DNA from: a virus
Length of the DNA: 64,000 nt
Reading direction: 5' to 3' (one strand)
IMG/VR virus record: IMGVR_UViG_3300032103_000260
Coordinates: 114,250 to 178,249 of that record
Shown: positions 9,683-19,463 of the stretch, piece by piece
Numbering within the stretch: position 1 is the first letter of the stretch
How the letters are laid out: each line of letters starts with the position of its first letter
Notes under the pieces: model-generated
What the model was told of the DNA's origin: nothing
Seen by the model: only the letters and a program-made list of their open reading frames with translations
Database searches by the model: none
Program-made: the position numbers and the translations under genes

Positions 9683-10561
9683 TTAATTAATAACGATATT
9701 TTTCTGTAAAATACCTTCAAAATTGATTTTTTCTAAATCAATAATAATTCCTGATTTATTTGCTGGCAAACCATTATAACCGTGAATATGATTAATAATG
9801 GCTTTTCTTAAAATCTCTAAGGCTTCAACTAATACGTCACCTCTTGTCATTGGGTGACCATTTTTAAATATTTTTTCTCTTTCTTCTAAATTAATATCAT
9901 ATGCTTTAAACTTTGGAATACCATCATGTGATAATATTGCAATTTTATCTGCAATCATTACAATGCTTGATTGTAAACCATCTTCTCCAATTGTCATTTT
10001 TATTGATGACGGATTTTTTTTATTTAAGCTAAGAATATCATTTACTTCGTGTTTTCCTACACGTAATTCAATTTCTTTTCTTTTTAAAATAATATCAGTA
10101 TTATCTCTACCAATTAAAGCAATGTCTTCAATTTTAGGAAATACACCAATAGCATTTGGAAATGTTGATGGTGCTTTTTCTGGAGCATTTCTGGCTAAAT
10201 CTGTTGTTGAAAAAGAACTGGCAAACGAATCAAAATATATTGATTGTGGCTGTGATATTACACTACCCATCCATTGACGACCTTTTTCTGGATATCTAAC
10301 ATCATCTAAGATAACTCTTACTGCTTCACCAACTTTTGGATAAATATGGAAAAATTTAGGTAGTAATGGATATGCCCAAGGTAAATTTTCATTAATTGTT
10401 TTATCATCTAATCCAAAAATTCTTACTTTTATTCTACCACCTTCTGTTGGATCGATAACATTAACAACCTCACCATAATAAATATTTCTTATTGTAGTGT
10501 TTTTATTAGTTTCTTTTCTATATGGATCACTAGTAACTAAAAATTTCTTATCGTATCCCAT
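9683..10561 (-). CDS. baseplate central spike/hub (gp5/GpV-like OB-fold)
   Basis: GEVVNVIDPTEGGRIKVRI, LPWAYP, PKVGEAV; C-terminal HIH metal-binding tip motif. Confidence 0.8.
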   Translation of the reverse strand: MGYDKKFLVTSDPYRKETNKNTTIRNIYYGEVVNVIDPTEGGRIKVRIFGLDDKTINENLPWAYPLLPKFFHIYPKVGEAVRVILDDVRYPEKGRQWMGSVISQPQSIYFDSFASSFSTTDLARNAPEKAPSTFPNAIGVFPKIEDIALIGRDNTDIILKRKEIELRVGKHEVNDILSLNKKNPSSIKMTIGEDGLQSSIVMIADKIAILSHDGIPKFKAYDINLEEREKIFKNGHPMTRGDVLVEALEILRKAIINHIHGYNGLPANKSGIIIDLEKINFEGILQKNIVIN

Positions 10562-10742
10562 TCTTTCTTTTATTTAATTCATCAATTAATATAACATACT
10601 GCTCCTCTAATTTATCCAGATTAGATGTAAGTATATCAATTTGATATGTTAAATTAATTATTTCTTGTTTTTTTAGTTCATGTTCTTTAACAGTATCATC
10701 TATTTTTTTTATTATTTCAGTATCAGTAAAATTTTCAAACAT
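10548..10742 (-). CDS. hypothetical coiled-coil protein
   Basis: 64-aa ORF coupled to neighbours. Confidence 0.6.
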   Translation of the reverse strand: MFENFTDTEIIKKIDDTVKEHELKKQEIINLTYQIDILTSNLDKLEEQYVILIDELNKRKNGIR

Positions 10743-10744
10743 AA

Positions 10745-11152
10745 TTATTGAATTTGACCATATGCAGTAGTAAATGTTATTGTTGAACCAAATACAGTGA
10801 CAGGCCCTGCAGGTGATGCACCAGCAGCAGTAAGTGTTGTTCCCGGTGGGATTCCTACCGTTATAATAGCGTCTTCCTGCAATGCACGAATAATTTCTTC
10901 TATCCTGATTCTTTCCATTATTTCATCAGGACTTATTTCACCACTAGGTAATGCGCCTATAGGTAAACCAGCTTCACTTTTTCTAGATATTATTCTACTT
11001 GCTATTTTTGTTGGTGACAATCCACTTTTTCTTCTTACACCAACAAATACAACTGGTGCTGGTAGAACAGTGGGAGCACCAGCCGTTTGTATTTTAAGTA
11101 CTTTTTGAAATCCAGAAATGATTGATGATATGTCGCTGTAATCTATTGCCAT
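10745..11152 (-). CDS. hypothetical (probable baseplate/spike-associated) protein
   Basis: 135 aa; G/P-rich C-terminus; operonic with the gp5-like gene. Confidence 0.55.
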   Translation of the reverse strand: MAIDYSDISSIISGFQKVLKIQTAGAPTVLPAPVVFVGVRRKSGLSPTKIASRIISRKSEAGLPIGALPSGEISPDEIMERIRIEEIIRALQEDAIITVGIPPGTTLTAAGASPAGPVTVFGSTITFTTAYGQIQ

Positions 11153-11153
11153 A

Positions 11154-11315
11154 TTATTTCTTTACATCATGCCATACCCAACCTAATAAAAGCCTTACAA
11201 TAATTCTTCTAATAATGTTAGGTTTTTTTGTTAATGCTAATTTTACTCCATCTTCTGTACCATCGACATAATAAACTCCAATGAGTTGTTTGTTTACTTT
11301 GTTATCTGTTATCAT
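11154..11315 (-). CDS. small hypothetical protein (53 aa)
   Basis: MITDNKVNKQLIGVYY...KKPNIIRRIIVRLLLGWVWHDVKK; fills the gap exactly; below ORF-track cutoff. Confidence 0.6.
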   Translation of the reverse strand: MITDNKVNKQLIGVYYVDGTEDGVKLALTKKPNIIRRIIVRLLLGWVWHDVKK

Positions 11316-11319
11316 AATT

Positions 11320-12633
11320 TTAACTAATTAAACTTTTTAATATTCTTATAAATTGATTTATTTTTTCTCTTAAAATAACTGCAGAAACTACTGCAACAAT
11401 TTTAAGTAATTCTTTTTTCACTAAGTCAAAAATAAATTTATTAATTGTTGTTTTTGCTGTTTTTGCTAAACAATCAGCATTATTTCTATTTTTTTTTAAT
11501 TCATTGATAGGTGAATCTAAAGTTGCAATACCATTATTTTTAAATCCACTAACTATTAATTGAAATGCTCTTATTTGAGGTGTTGTTGTAATGGCTTCCA
11601 TTATTGCTCTTACTATTGTATTTGTTAATCTTTTAAAAAAACCATCTTTAATTGTTTTTTTATTATTGTTTTTTAACTCTTGTTGCGTGGGATCGGTAAC
11701 GCTTTGATCTATTGTATTTTCATACAAATCACCAACTAATGTAGGATCACTACTTCCTGTTACTGAACTAATTAAATTTTCTGTATCAGTTAAATTTAAT
11801 GAAGCATCAACACAATCACAACAACCAATTTGAATTTGTGTCACACCTTTATATCTTTGTTCTGCAAGTTTTAATATTTCATCTAATTCGTTATCTAAAA
11901 TATCAATATCTTCTTCTTCAGCTAAAAGTTTATCAAGTGATTTATTAAATTTTTCAAGCTCAAAAACAGTGTTTAATGTATTGTCTTTAGACTTTGAACT
12001 AATATTTCCATATATGGAATCAAGAACTTTACTATTAAGTTCTTTTTCATCAATAAGTGTTAATCCATCTATATATTCATTAATAAAATCACCTTTAGTC
12101 ATTGATGGGTTAGTTCCCTTAAATATAAAATCATCAATGACTTCATCATAACGAATAGTCATACTTGAATTATATACTATATCGGTATTTGGATTAGCAA
12201 TTGCGTCATATGACTTTCTATCAAAACCATTAACATTATCACCATATAATAATTTACCGACATCATTTGATGGATCATTATTAAATTTACCCGATATATC
12301 AATATTTTTTGCTGGAGTTCTAAATCCTGTAGTTGTAAATGTACCTGATATGGTAGTATCAGAATTATATAATGTATTTAATTTTTTTAATTCGTCTTTT
12401 AATGCTGGAGTTACATTTCTAATATATTTAGTCATTATTTTACCAAAAACACCTTTTACAGCTTCACTACCTGATGTAACTGTAATTATATCAAGCATTA
12501 AAGGTATTGGTTCCTTTTTGTTATTAATTGATGAAAAAGTATTAACATTATCAGTTCTTTTTTGATTTTTTTGAACTGAAGTGTAAGCACCTAATTCGGT
12601 GAATATCCCCTTTTTATCATCGATTAAACCCAT
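11320..12633 (-). CDS. hypothetical virion-associated protein
   Basis: 437-aa ORF in the operon downstream of the late motif at 13018-13025. Confidence 0.55.
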   Translation of the reverse strand: MGLIDDKKGIFTELGAYTSVQKNQKRTDNVNTFSSINNKKEPIPLMLDIITVTSGSEAVKGVFGKIMTKYIRNVTPALKDELKKLNTLYNSDTTISGTFTTTGFRTPAKNIDISGKFNNDPSNDVGKLLYGDNVNGFDRKSYDAIANPNTDIVYNSSMTIRYDEVIDDFIFKGTNPSMTKGDFINEYIDGLTLIDEKELNSKVLDSIYGNISSKSKDNTLNTVFELEKFNKSLDKLLAEEEDIDILDNELDEILKLAEQRYKGVTQIQIGCCDCVDASLNLTDTENLISSVTGSSDPTLVGDLYENTIDQSVTDPTQQELKNNNKKTIKDGFFKRLTNTIVRAIMEAITTTPQIRAFQLIVSGFKNNGIATLDSPINELKKNRNNADCLAKTAKTTINKFIFDLVKKELLKIVAVVSAVILREKINQFIRILKSLIS

Positions 12634-13001
12634 TATTTTTTAATTTCTAATTCACTTTTAACTAAATTAAGAAGAGCATTTCTTCTTTCGTTTGAAATAC
12701 TACCACTGGTAGTATCTTCTTGTCCACTATCTTTGGTAGGAACATCTTTATACGCAACTTCTTTTAAAAATTTTAATAAAAGTAATTTTTGATCTTGATT
12801 TTTAGCTTCGGCTTGAATTAGTTTAACTATTTGTTCACCTAATACAGCTATTTTAGTTTCATCATTAACATACCTTTCCCATTTTCTGAATAGCATTGTG
12901 ATTTTGGCTCTAATATTGTGTGAGTCATTGTAAATCTCTTGAAGAAGATTGTTTGCACTTTCTTCATCAAATTTTATTTGTTTTCTTTTAATTCTTGGCA
13001 T
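12633..13001 (-). CDS. hypothetical protein
   Basis: 122 aa, helical; late motif just upstream. Confidence 0.6.
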   Translation of the reverse strand: MPRIKRKQIKFDEESANNLLQEIYNDSHNIRAKITMLFRKWERYVNDETKIAVLGEQIVKLIQAEAKNQDQKLLLLKFLKEVAYKDVPTKDSGQEDTTSGSISNERRNALLNLVKSELEIKK

Positions 13002-13039
13002 ATACCTATAATTTATAATAAATACATTTCACCAAAAAA

Positions 13040-13849
13040 TTATTCATCAGTATCATAAAATATGGTTTTTTCTAAAAAATAGATATTTTTAAATGATTTC
13101 ATTAAAAATCTAATTTCTTTAGTTGATAAACCTGTTTGTTCTTTTAAAAACAATAAAATCTTATTTTTTTGATAGTTATTAGTAACTCTTTTATTGAATT
13201 TACCTTCCATTGTTTCCTCTAAAAACAATACGTGCCAATTATCTAATATATTTATTATTGCATCACCCACAATAATTTCGTTTTTCTTTAGCGATTTATC
13301 TGTATCAATTTTTTCTCTTATTTTAGTAATAACATTATTAATTAACTGCTGTAATTCATCGTGTTCATTTTTATCTATTTCATATAAATATTCTTCTTTT
13401 TGTAATATTTCTTCAGAGTAGTTTTCAAAACTGAGTATTGTTTTCTTTTCTTTATAACTTTTTCTACCATGATCCTTAAAGTAATTTCTGACAATTGTTT
13501 GACAATAACTAAATGCTCTTACTTTTTGACCCATTTTATTTAGTTTGTCAGGATTAAACTTAACCATGTTCTCAATTAGATGAGACAACCCATTCATTTC
13601 GATTTCTTTTATATCGTAGTTACCAATATGAATGGGGTATTTTCTAAGAATAGATTCAACCATTTTTTGAAATGGTTTTTTTAATACTCTATTGTAAATT
13701 GCTTCTCTTTCATCAGGTGATTTACTATTAATATAATCAACTAATGCCTTTTCTTCTTTTTGCCCAAAATAATTCTTACTATCAGCTTCTTCAATATTAT
13801 CTATTGATGTTGTATCTTCTACAATAACTTTTTTTAGTTCCTTTTTCAT
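13040..13849 (-). CDS. phage late-transcription sigma factor (gp55-like)
   Basis: YFGQKEEKAL, PFQKMVESI, KFNPDK...AFSYCQTIVRNY resemble the gp55 sigma region 2. Confidence 0.7.
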   Translation of the reverse strand: MKKELKKVIVEDTTSIDNIEEADSKNYFGQKEEKALVDYINSKSPDEREAIYNRVLKKPFQKMVESILRKYPIHIGNYDIKEIEMNGLSHLIENMVKFNPDKLNKMGQKVRAFSYCQTIVRNYFKDHGRKSYKEKKTILSFENYSEEILQKEEYLYEIDKNEHDELQQLINNVITKIREKIDTDKSLKKNEIIVGDAIINILDNWHVLFLEETMEGKFNKRVTNNYQKNKILLFLKEQTGLSTKEIRFLMKSFKNIYFLEKTIFYDTDE

Positions 13850-13875
13850 TATTCATAATAAATATCATATTTAAG

Positions 13876-14694
13876 TTATTGCTGTACTGATACTAATAAT
13901 TCAGATTTATTAATGTCTCTATCAGTATTAAAATTACTTTCTTTCTTTGCAGTTTCAAACCAAAATTTTCTTTCTTTTAAAGTCATTGTTGTAGCATATT
14001 TTGCAAATAAACTATTTGGTCTTGTTACAACATGTTTATATATTGTTTTAGGTATTACAAAAATTTTACTACCCATATTTACATATCTAAGAAGTAATTC
14101 ATAATTAAATGTTAAATCAATTTTAGTTTTTAACATGCCATTATTTTTATATTCTTCTGTCTTAAAAATTGAACCAGCAATTTTAAAATCAGTATATTGT
14201 GAAAGTGCTTTAGCATTCAAATAACCAATAATACCATTTTCTCCAACAAATTGCTTTGACCATACTGGTTCATTAGTTAATTTAAGTGGACGATTTTCTT
14301 CATTTACTTCAACAATAATTGACATAAATAAATCAATGTCAGGATATGCAAAGGTATATCTTTTATAATTTTTCAAAAATTTAATACTTAATTCATCATC
14401 AAATTCAAGTATTGTAAAATATTTTGTATTAATGTTATTAACACCAAAATTTACTTGACCTTGAAAAGATGTGTTACCTTGATTAATAATTGTTTGAGGT
14501 GTAAATGGTAATTCTATTTTAGAAATTAATTCATCAATATTATTTTTAACTACCTCTGATGCTGATACAATAATAACAGCAGGAAATAAATTATTAGCTT
14601 CTTCTTGATTTTTTACTGAATCAAGTGCAGTTTTTAAATATTTTTCTACAGTTTCATCAAATTCGTGAACTGGTATAATTACAGATAATTCCAT
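13876..14694 (-). CDS. glycosyltransferase family 2
   Basis: LSVIIPVH...YLKTALDSV.NQ; EFDD metal-binding motif. Confidence 0.8.
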   Translation of the reverse strand: MELSVIIPVHEFDETVEKYLKTALDSVKNQEEANNLFPAVIIVSASEVVKNNIDELISKIELPFTPQTIINQGNTSFQGQVNFGVNNINTKYFTILEFDDELSIKFLKNYKRYTFAYPDIDLFMSIIVEVNEENRPLKLTNEPVWSKQFVGENGIIGYLNAKALSQYTDFKIAGSIFKTEEYKNNGMLKTKIDLTFNYELLLRYVNMGSKIFVIPKTIYKHVVTRPNSLFAKYATTMTLKERKFWFETAKKESNFNTDRDINKSELLVSVQQ

Positions 14695-14718
14695 GTTTAT
14701 ATTTTATTTTAAATAATG

Positions 14719-15864
14719 TTATGATTGTGGTACTTCAACTAATTTTACAGCACCTTTACGAGCTTCAATTTCTTTTTCAAGTGTTTGAAGTCTTTCGTCT
14801 AGTAATGATTTATAGTATGTTGATAAATCAGACTCTGACTTTTCAACACAATATTTTGATACAATTTCTTGCATTGTTATATATGTTTCATCTGAAATAT
14901 TATCATCTAAAAATTTAGTTATAACATCACCAATTAACTTAGGTAATGCATAAAGATCGTTTGTCCATACACCAGAATTTTGTACATATTCATTCTTTTC
15001 ACGATCAATTAAATACTCAGGAGTTACATCTGGTAGTAATGCAACAGGTATTGTACCACATTTCATACATTCAAGTGGAAATGTACCAAAGCTAGATAAA
15101 CGATCAATCCACAATGCGGCAAAGTTTTTAGATAATCTTTCTGCAAAATCTTTTCTTTTCATTGGTTGAGGCGGTTTTGATTCGGTTTGCATAGTATCAA
15201 AACCAATCCAACTATAATGAGGATATTTTAAATAAAATAATTTAATAACCTTAGTAACATCATTAGCATTTCTACTAACAACTGAAATTATTGGTTTTTT
15301 TGGTTCTTTAGATGAATTAAAATAATCGGGAATTCCAATTGTATATGTTTTAATATCAAATTTATCTTGTCCAAAATAATCTTTAATTAAAGATTTTAGT
15401 TGTTCACTAGTAGTAAGTACATTTTTAATACCAAATGAACTCCAATCCATTGTAGGCACTAAAGCATTTAATGCAAAATCAATTGATTGAACAAATGCTA
15501 CTCTAATGGATGGCAAGTTTTTAGTTTGTTCCATAACATTTGAGAATATTTCTGGAATAACCAATACGTCTTCAGGGCCAACCGTTAATTGTGCTTTAGT
15601 CATTGACATATGTTGTACCTGAACTAATTCGGTATCAAGATATGATGGAATAGTATATTCTTCCGTATCTGTTAATATTACAACAGTATATCCCATTTTT
15701 TTCACAACATTAGCATGAAAATAAATTTCATGTATTGCTGCTGATGGTTGTGGAGTATTAGCAACAAAAAACATGAATTTGCTTTTGTTTGTCTTTAATA
15801 GTTCTACAGTTTTAGTTAATTTTTCAAGTTCTACTTGATTTAATTGTTCTTCTCTTTGATCCAT
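14719..15864 (-). CDS. GT-B fold glycosyltransferase-like protein
   Basis: DVLVIPE; SSFGTFPLECMKCGTIPV (GT4-like E-x7-E region variant). Confidence 0.7.
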   Translation of the reverse strand: MDQREEQLNQVELEKLTKTVELLKTNKSKFMFFVANTPQPSAAIHEIYFHANVVKKMGYTVVILTDTEEYTIPSYLDTELVQVQHMSMTKAQLTVGPEDVLVIPEIFSNVMEQTKNLPSIRVAFVQSIDFALNALVPTMDWSSFGIKNVLTTSEQLKSLIKDYFGQDKFDIKTYTIGIPDYFNSSKEPKKPIISVVSRNANDVTKVIKLFYLKYPHYSWIGFDTMQTESKPPQPMKRKDFAERLSKNFAALWIDRLSSFGTFPLECMKCGTIPVALLPDVTPEYLIDREKNEYVQNSGVWTNDLYALPKLIGDVITKFLDDNISDETYITMQEIVSKYCVEKSESDLSTYYKSLLDERLQTLEKEIEARKGAVKLVEVPQS

Positions 15865-15883
15865 TTTAGTTTATAGTTTTTTA

Positions 15884-16618
15884 TTATTGTAATAATTTTT
15901 GTTCTGTTGTCTGAAATAATTTTTCAATATCATTATAATTTAATATGTCAATAATACTTGTAACATTTAAATCTCCAGTTAATTGTTCATTCCATTGTCG
16001 ATTAAATTTAATTACTTTTTTGTTTATTGGTTTTGATTTAATTAACTCAGGGTCTGTTGTTATAATACAATCCATCATATTCCAAATAACATTACTATCT
16101 TCAAAAAAATGATAACTCATATATCTTGATATAGCTTTGCTTAAAAAAAATAATGTAGACGGAATTGATAATATATTTTCTTTAGAAATAATTCTAATGT
16201 CAAAAGTGTCTTTATATTTTTTATAAAATTTTTCAAAATCAACTTCAACATTTTTATATAATAATGGTGCTGCACCAAAAATTTCAAATACATAATCTTC
16301 ATATAAAAATTTTTTATATGCTGCATTCGAACTAATATTTTCTATTTCAGATTTAAATGCAAAAGCATCTACTGGTGCTTCATTAGTTTTTGGATTTACA
16401 ATATACTCAAGTGGTGATACTTCTTCAGGTAATTCCTCATTTAAAAAATTAGTTGTTTGAATGATATTTTCAAATTTATAATGATTTCTAAAATCAAATG
16501 TATCAAATGGTTCAATTACTCCATCTATACCAAATTCAGAAACATAGCATTGATCAAACTTTTGCCATCTTCCTCTAATTATTTCATTTATATCAATTCC
16601 TATTATTGGTTTATTCAT
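15884..16618 (-). CDS. HAD-fold 5'(3')-nucleotidase-like protein
   Basis: IIGIDINEII (degenerate DxD) and C-terminal KFNRQWN. Confidence 0.55.
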   Translation of the reverse strand: MNKPIIGIDINEIIRGRWQKFDQCYVSEFGIDGVIEPFDTFDFRNHYKFENIIQTTNFLNEELPEEVSPLEYIVNPKTNEAPVDAFAFKSEIENISSNAAYKKFLYEDYVFEIFGAAPLLYKNVEVDFEKFYKKYKDTFDIRIISKENILSIPSTLFFLSKAISRYMSYHFFEDSNVIWNMMDCIITTDPELIKSKPINKKVIKFNRQWNEQLTGDLNVTSIIDILNYNDIEKLFQTTEQKLLQ

Positions 16619-16622
16619 ACTA

Positions 16623-17048
16623 TTAAATTGATTTTGGTACTATAATTACTTTATCATCATATGTTGTTAATAAAACATTTCTAATTTCATTTATACCTTG
16701 TTTTAAATAGATTGGATCAATACAAATTTTTAAATCAGGGTCTTCTTCAGATAAGAATTTTTTTAACTCAGATAGTTTCATTGTTTCATCACTAGGCTTT
16801 TTAAGCATTTCATCATAATTCATATCCATACTATAATTATATGAATCTTCATTAAACGTATCTACACCTAATGGATCATCTAAATCTGCAACAATTAATG
16901 CAATATCTATCGGATAACCATATATTTCTTCAATTTTTTTAATTGAATCATGTAATTCTTTTTTTACAGATTTATCAGATAAACGTTCATATATTTTTTT
17001 TAGAACCATATTTCTTTTATCTTCTGGTAATTCATTGTTGTCCATCAT
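16623..17048 (-). CDS. hypothetical protein
   Basis: 141-aa ORF in operon. Confidence 0.55.
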   Translation of the reverse strand: MMDNNELPEDKRNMVLKKIYERLSDKSVKKELHDSIKKIEEIYGYPIDIALIVADLDDPLGVDTFNEDSYNYSMDMNYDEMLKKPSDETMKLSELKKFLSEEDPDLKICIDPIYLKQGINEIRNVLLTTYDDKVIIVPKSI

Positions 17049-17325
17049 CTTCTTTTGGTTTTAATTCATTAATGTAATGGTTTAAATATTCTTGTAATTC
17101 ATCCATTTTTAATCTATGCTCTTTAATGAGTTCAGCATCAGTAATATATTTTGGATTTATACATTCTATTCTAGTATCGACTTGTTTTGTTGGAATAACA
17201 ATTATTTCACCAACAAATTTAGATTCTGATTTTACTCTATCTAAAATTAGAGATACATATTGCTCTATTTTATCTTCTGGAAAAAAAGCTGTACCTATAT
17301 AATAAACTAATATTAAATTATCCAT
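17032..17325 (-). CDS. hypothetical protein
   Basis: 97-aa ORF overlapping neighbours. Confidence 0.6.
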   Translation of the reverse strand: MDNLILVYYIGTAFFPEDKIEQYVSLILDRVKSESKFVGEIIVIPTKQVDTRIECINPKYITDAELIKEHRLKMDELQEYLNHYINELKPKEDDGQQ

Positions 17326-18106
17326 TTATAAAACCCCTTTTAGCTGACTTTCCTTCCTTTTCTAATTCTTGAAAGTATTTATTATATCCTTCTTCAATAT
17401 AATTGATAATTGGATTACGAATACTTGCATCTGAAGCATCCATTTTTAGTACACCAATTTTATTACTATCCTCAAACATTTTAATTAAAATTTCTAATGA
17501 ACTTTCATTTTTATTTTTTAAATCTATTTGATTGGTATCACCTAATAATATCATTTTACAATTCTCACCAATACGAGTAAGTATTGTTCTTGCATTATCA
17601 ATTGTAATATTTTGAGCTTCATCAATTATTACAATTGCATTATCCAGTGTAGTACCTCTAATATATGCTAATGGAAATGGTCTAATAACATCACTATCAA
17701 ATAATGATTTAATCTCATTGCCACTAACCAATTTGTCAACATTAAGAAGAAAACTCCACATAAAAGGTTCTATTTTTTCACTTAAATCACCTTTTAAAAA
17801 ACCAACTTCTTCGCCTTTTAATGTTGTTACTGATTTTACTAAATAAATTTTTCTATAATTATTTTCTTCGTTTTTTAATAATGATAGTGCCATTCCTAAT
17901 GATACTATAGTTTTCCCACAACCGGGAGGCCCTGCACAAATCGTTATTTCTTTTTCATTTATCAATTTAATTAATTTTCTCTGACTTTCATTTTTAGCAT
18001 GTATTTTTACATCTGAAATCACAATGTTATTAATCAAGTCTTTTGCTTGTTTGTTAATGTCTTCTTGTGATAACGTTAATGATTGATCCCTTTTTTTCTT
18101 AGCCAT
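17318..18106 (-). CDS. phoH: PhoH-like ATPase
   Basis: GPPGCGKT, GFLKGDL.EK, LAYIRGTT, IIDEAQN, LTRIG, LGD.NQ.D. Confidence 0.92.
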   Translation of the reverse strand: MAKKKRDQSLTLSQEDINKQAKDLINNIVISDVKIHAKNESQRKLIKLINEKEITICAGPPGCGKTIVSLGMALSLLKNEENNYRKIYLVKSVTTLKGEEVGFLKGDLSEKIEPFMWSFLLNVDKLVSGNEIKSLFDSDVIRPFPLAYIRGTTLDNAIVIIDEAQNITIDNARTILTRIGENCKMILLGDTNQIDLKNKNESSLEILIKMFEDSNKIGVLKMDASDASIRNPIINYIEEGYNKYFQELEKEGKSAKRGFING

Positions 18107-18232
18107 TTAAAATATCATGTTTATATATGTATTATACAAATATTAACTAAAAATCTTGAATTTTTATACATTTTTTTTTAAAATTCACTATTTATAAATA
18201 CAAATAATAATATTTTATAATAAATTATAAAT

Positions 18233-19180
18233 ATGAATCAAGAACCACTATTAAACGAATCTCTTAAAAACTATTATACTAAAAAAGAGGAAGCTAATGC
18301 TGCAGTTGTAAGTAAAACTGAAAATGTAAAACTATCTCAATCAGGTTTACCTGAAAATCAATTTAATGGTGATGTAACCCCTCAGATGCCAAAATTTGAT
18401 AATGTTGATGAATATATTAAAAGAACAACAACTGAAGGTGATCCAGATTTACTTGTTGGTGTTGATACTGTTAAACTACCATCTAAAGGATTATTCTATA
18501 AAAATAGAATTAATGAAGTTATGGTAGAATACTTAACTTCAAAAGATGAAGACATCTTAACAACTCCAGCACTTATTGAAAATGGAACTGTTTTGGATGT
18601 TATTCTTAAACGTAAAATAAAAACACCAAACATTAGTGTTGGTGATCTATTGGTTGGAGATAAGGATGCTATTCTTATTTTCTTAAGAGCATCATCTTAT
18701 GGTAAGGATTATGATGTTAATGTAACTGATCCATTTACTGGAAAACAATTTAAGGCTACCATTGATTTAACTAAATTAAAAAACAGGGAAATTACTGAAT
18801 TTCCTGATGAAAAAGGTGAATTTACTGTTGAATTACCAATGAGAAAAAAGGTTGCTAAATTCAGAATGCTAACTTCAAGAGAAATTGATGAGGTGATTAA
18901 GAAAGCTGATGCAATGAAAGAAGCATATAATCAAGATTATAACGAATTGAATACTCTTAGACTTAAAACACAAGTTACCGAAATTGATGGTAAAAGAGAC
19001 AAAATGTATATCAGTAGATTTATCGATGCTATGCCAGCTTTGGATTCATTAACATTGAGAAGAAAGATACTTGAGGTAAGTCCCGGTGTTGATATGAATT
19101 ATCAGTTTACTTCACCTGCTGGAAATACATTTAAAGCTCCAATTGTAATGGGTATTGATTTTTTTTTCCCAAGTCTTTAG
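18233..19180 (+). CDS. baseplate hub/tail assembly chaperone (gp26-like)
   Basis: LPSKG.FY, LTSKDEDIL, LLVGDKDAILIFLR, C-terminal DFFFP; two genes upstream of tape measure. Confidence 0.75.
   Translation: MNQEPLLNESLKNYYTKKEEANAAVVSKTENVKLSQSGLPENQFNGDVTPQMPKFDNVDEYIKRTTTEGDPDLLVGVDTVKLPSKGLFYKNRINEVMVEYLTSKDEDILTTPALIENGTVLDVILKRKIKTPNISVGDLLVGDKDAILIFLRASSYGKDYDVNVTDPFTGKQFKATIDLTKLKNREITEFPDEKGEFTVELPMRKKVAKFRMLTSREIDEVIKKADAMKEAYNQDYNELNTLRLKTQVTEIDGKRDKMYISRFIDAMPALDSLTLRRKILEVSPGVDMNYQFTSPAGNTFKAPIVMGIDFFFPSL
19159..19168 (+). other. putative programmed -1 frameshift site (T9C)
   Basis: GAT TTT TTT TTC CCA; the -1 frame (TTT CCC AAG TCT TTA GCG GGG GAC TAT AAA AAA ATG) is open into ORF 19198. 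Confidence 0.65.
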
Positions 19181-19197
19181 CGGGGGACTATAAAAAA

Positions 19198-19392
19198 ATG
19201 GTAATTCAGGAGATTTACCTGCTAACCAAACATGGTAAATTTGCTTCAGAATATATAGAAAATATTCCAGTCTGGAAAAGAAGATATTATCTTCATCTTC
19301 TTGAAAAAGAAGCCAAAGAGACTAAGGAAATGTATGAAAAACAAGCCAGAAAGAATAAAACTCAATCAGTTTCTGGTATAAGAAAGAGATAA
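19198..19392 (+). CDS. gp51-like assembly chaperone / frameshift extension of the upstream gene
   Basis: IENIPVWKRRYYLHLL motif; in -1 frame relative to the upstream gene. Confidence 0.7.
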   Translation: MVIQEIYLLTKHGKFASEYIENIPVWKRRYYLHLLEKEAKETKEMYEKQARKNKTQSVSGIRKR

Positions 19393-19398
19393 TAAGTT

Positions 19399-19425
19399 AA
19401 ACCCTTCGAATTTGAAGGGTTTTTT
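19399..19425 (+). terminator. intrinsic terminator
   Basis: AAACCCTTC-GAATTT-GAAGGGTTTTTT. Confidence 0.8.
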
Positions 19426-19463
19426 ATTTTAAAGGTATTTATTAGAAGTAATATACTAATACT

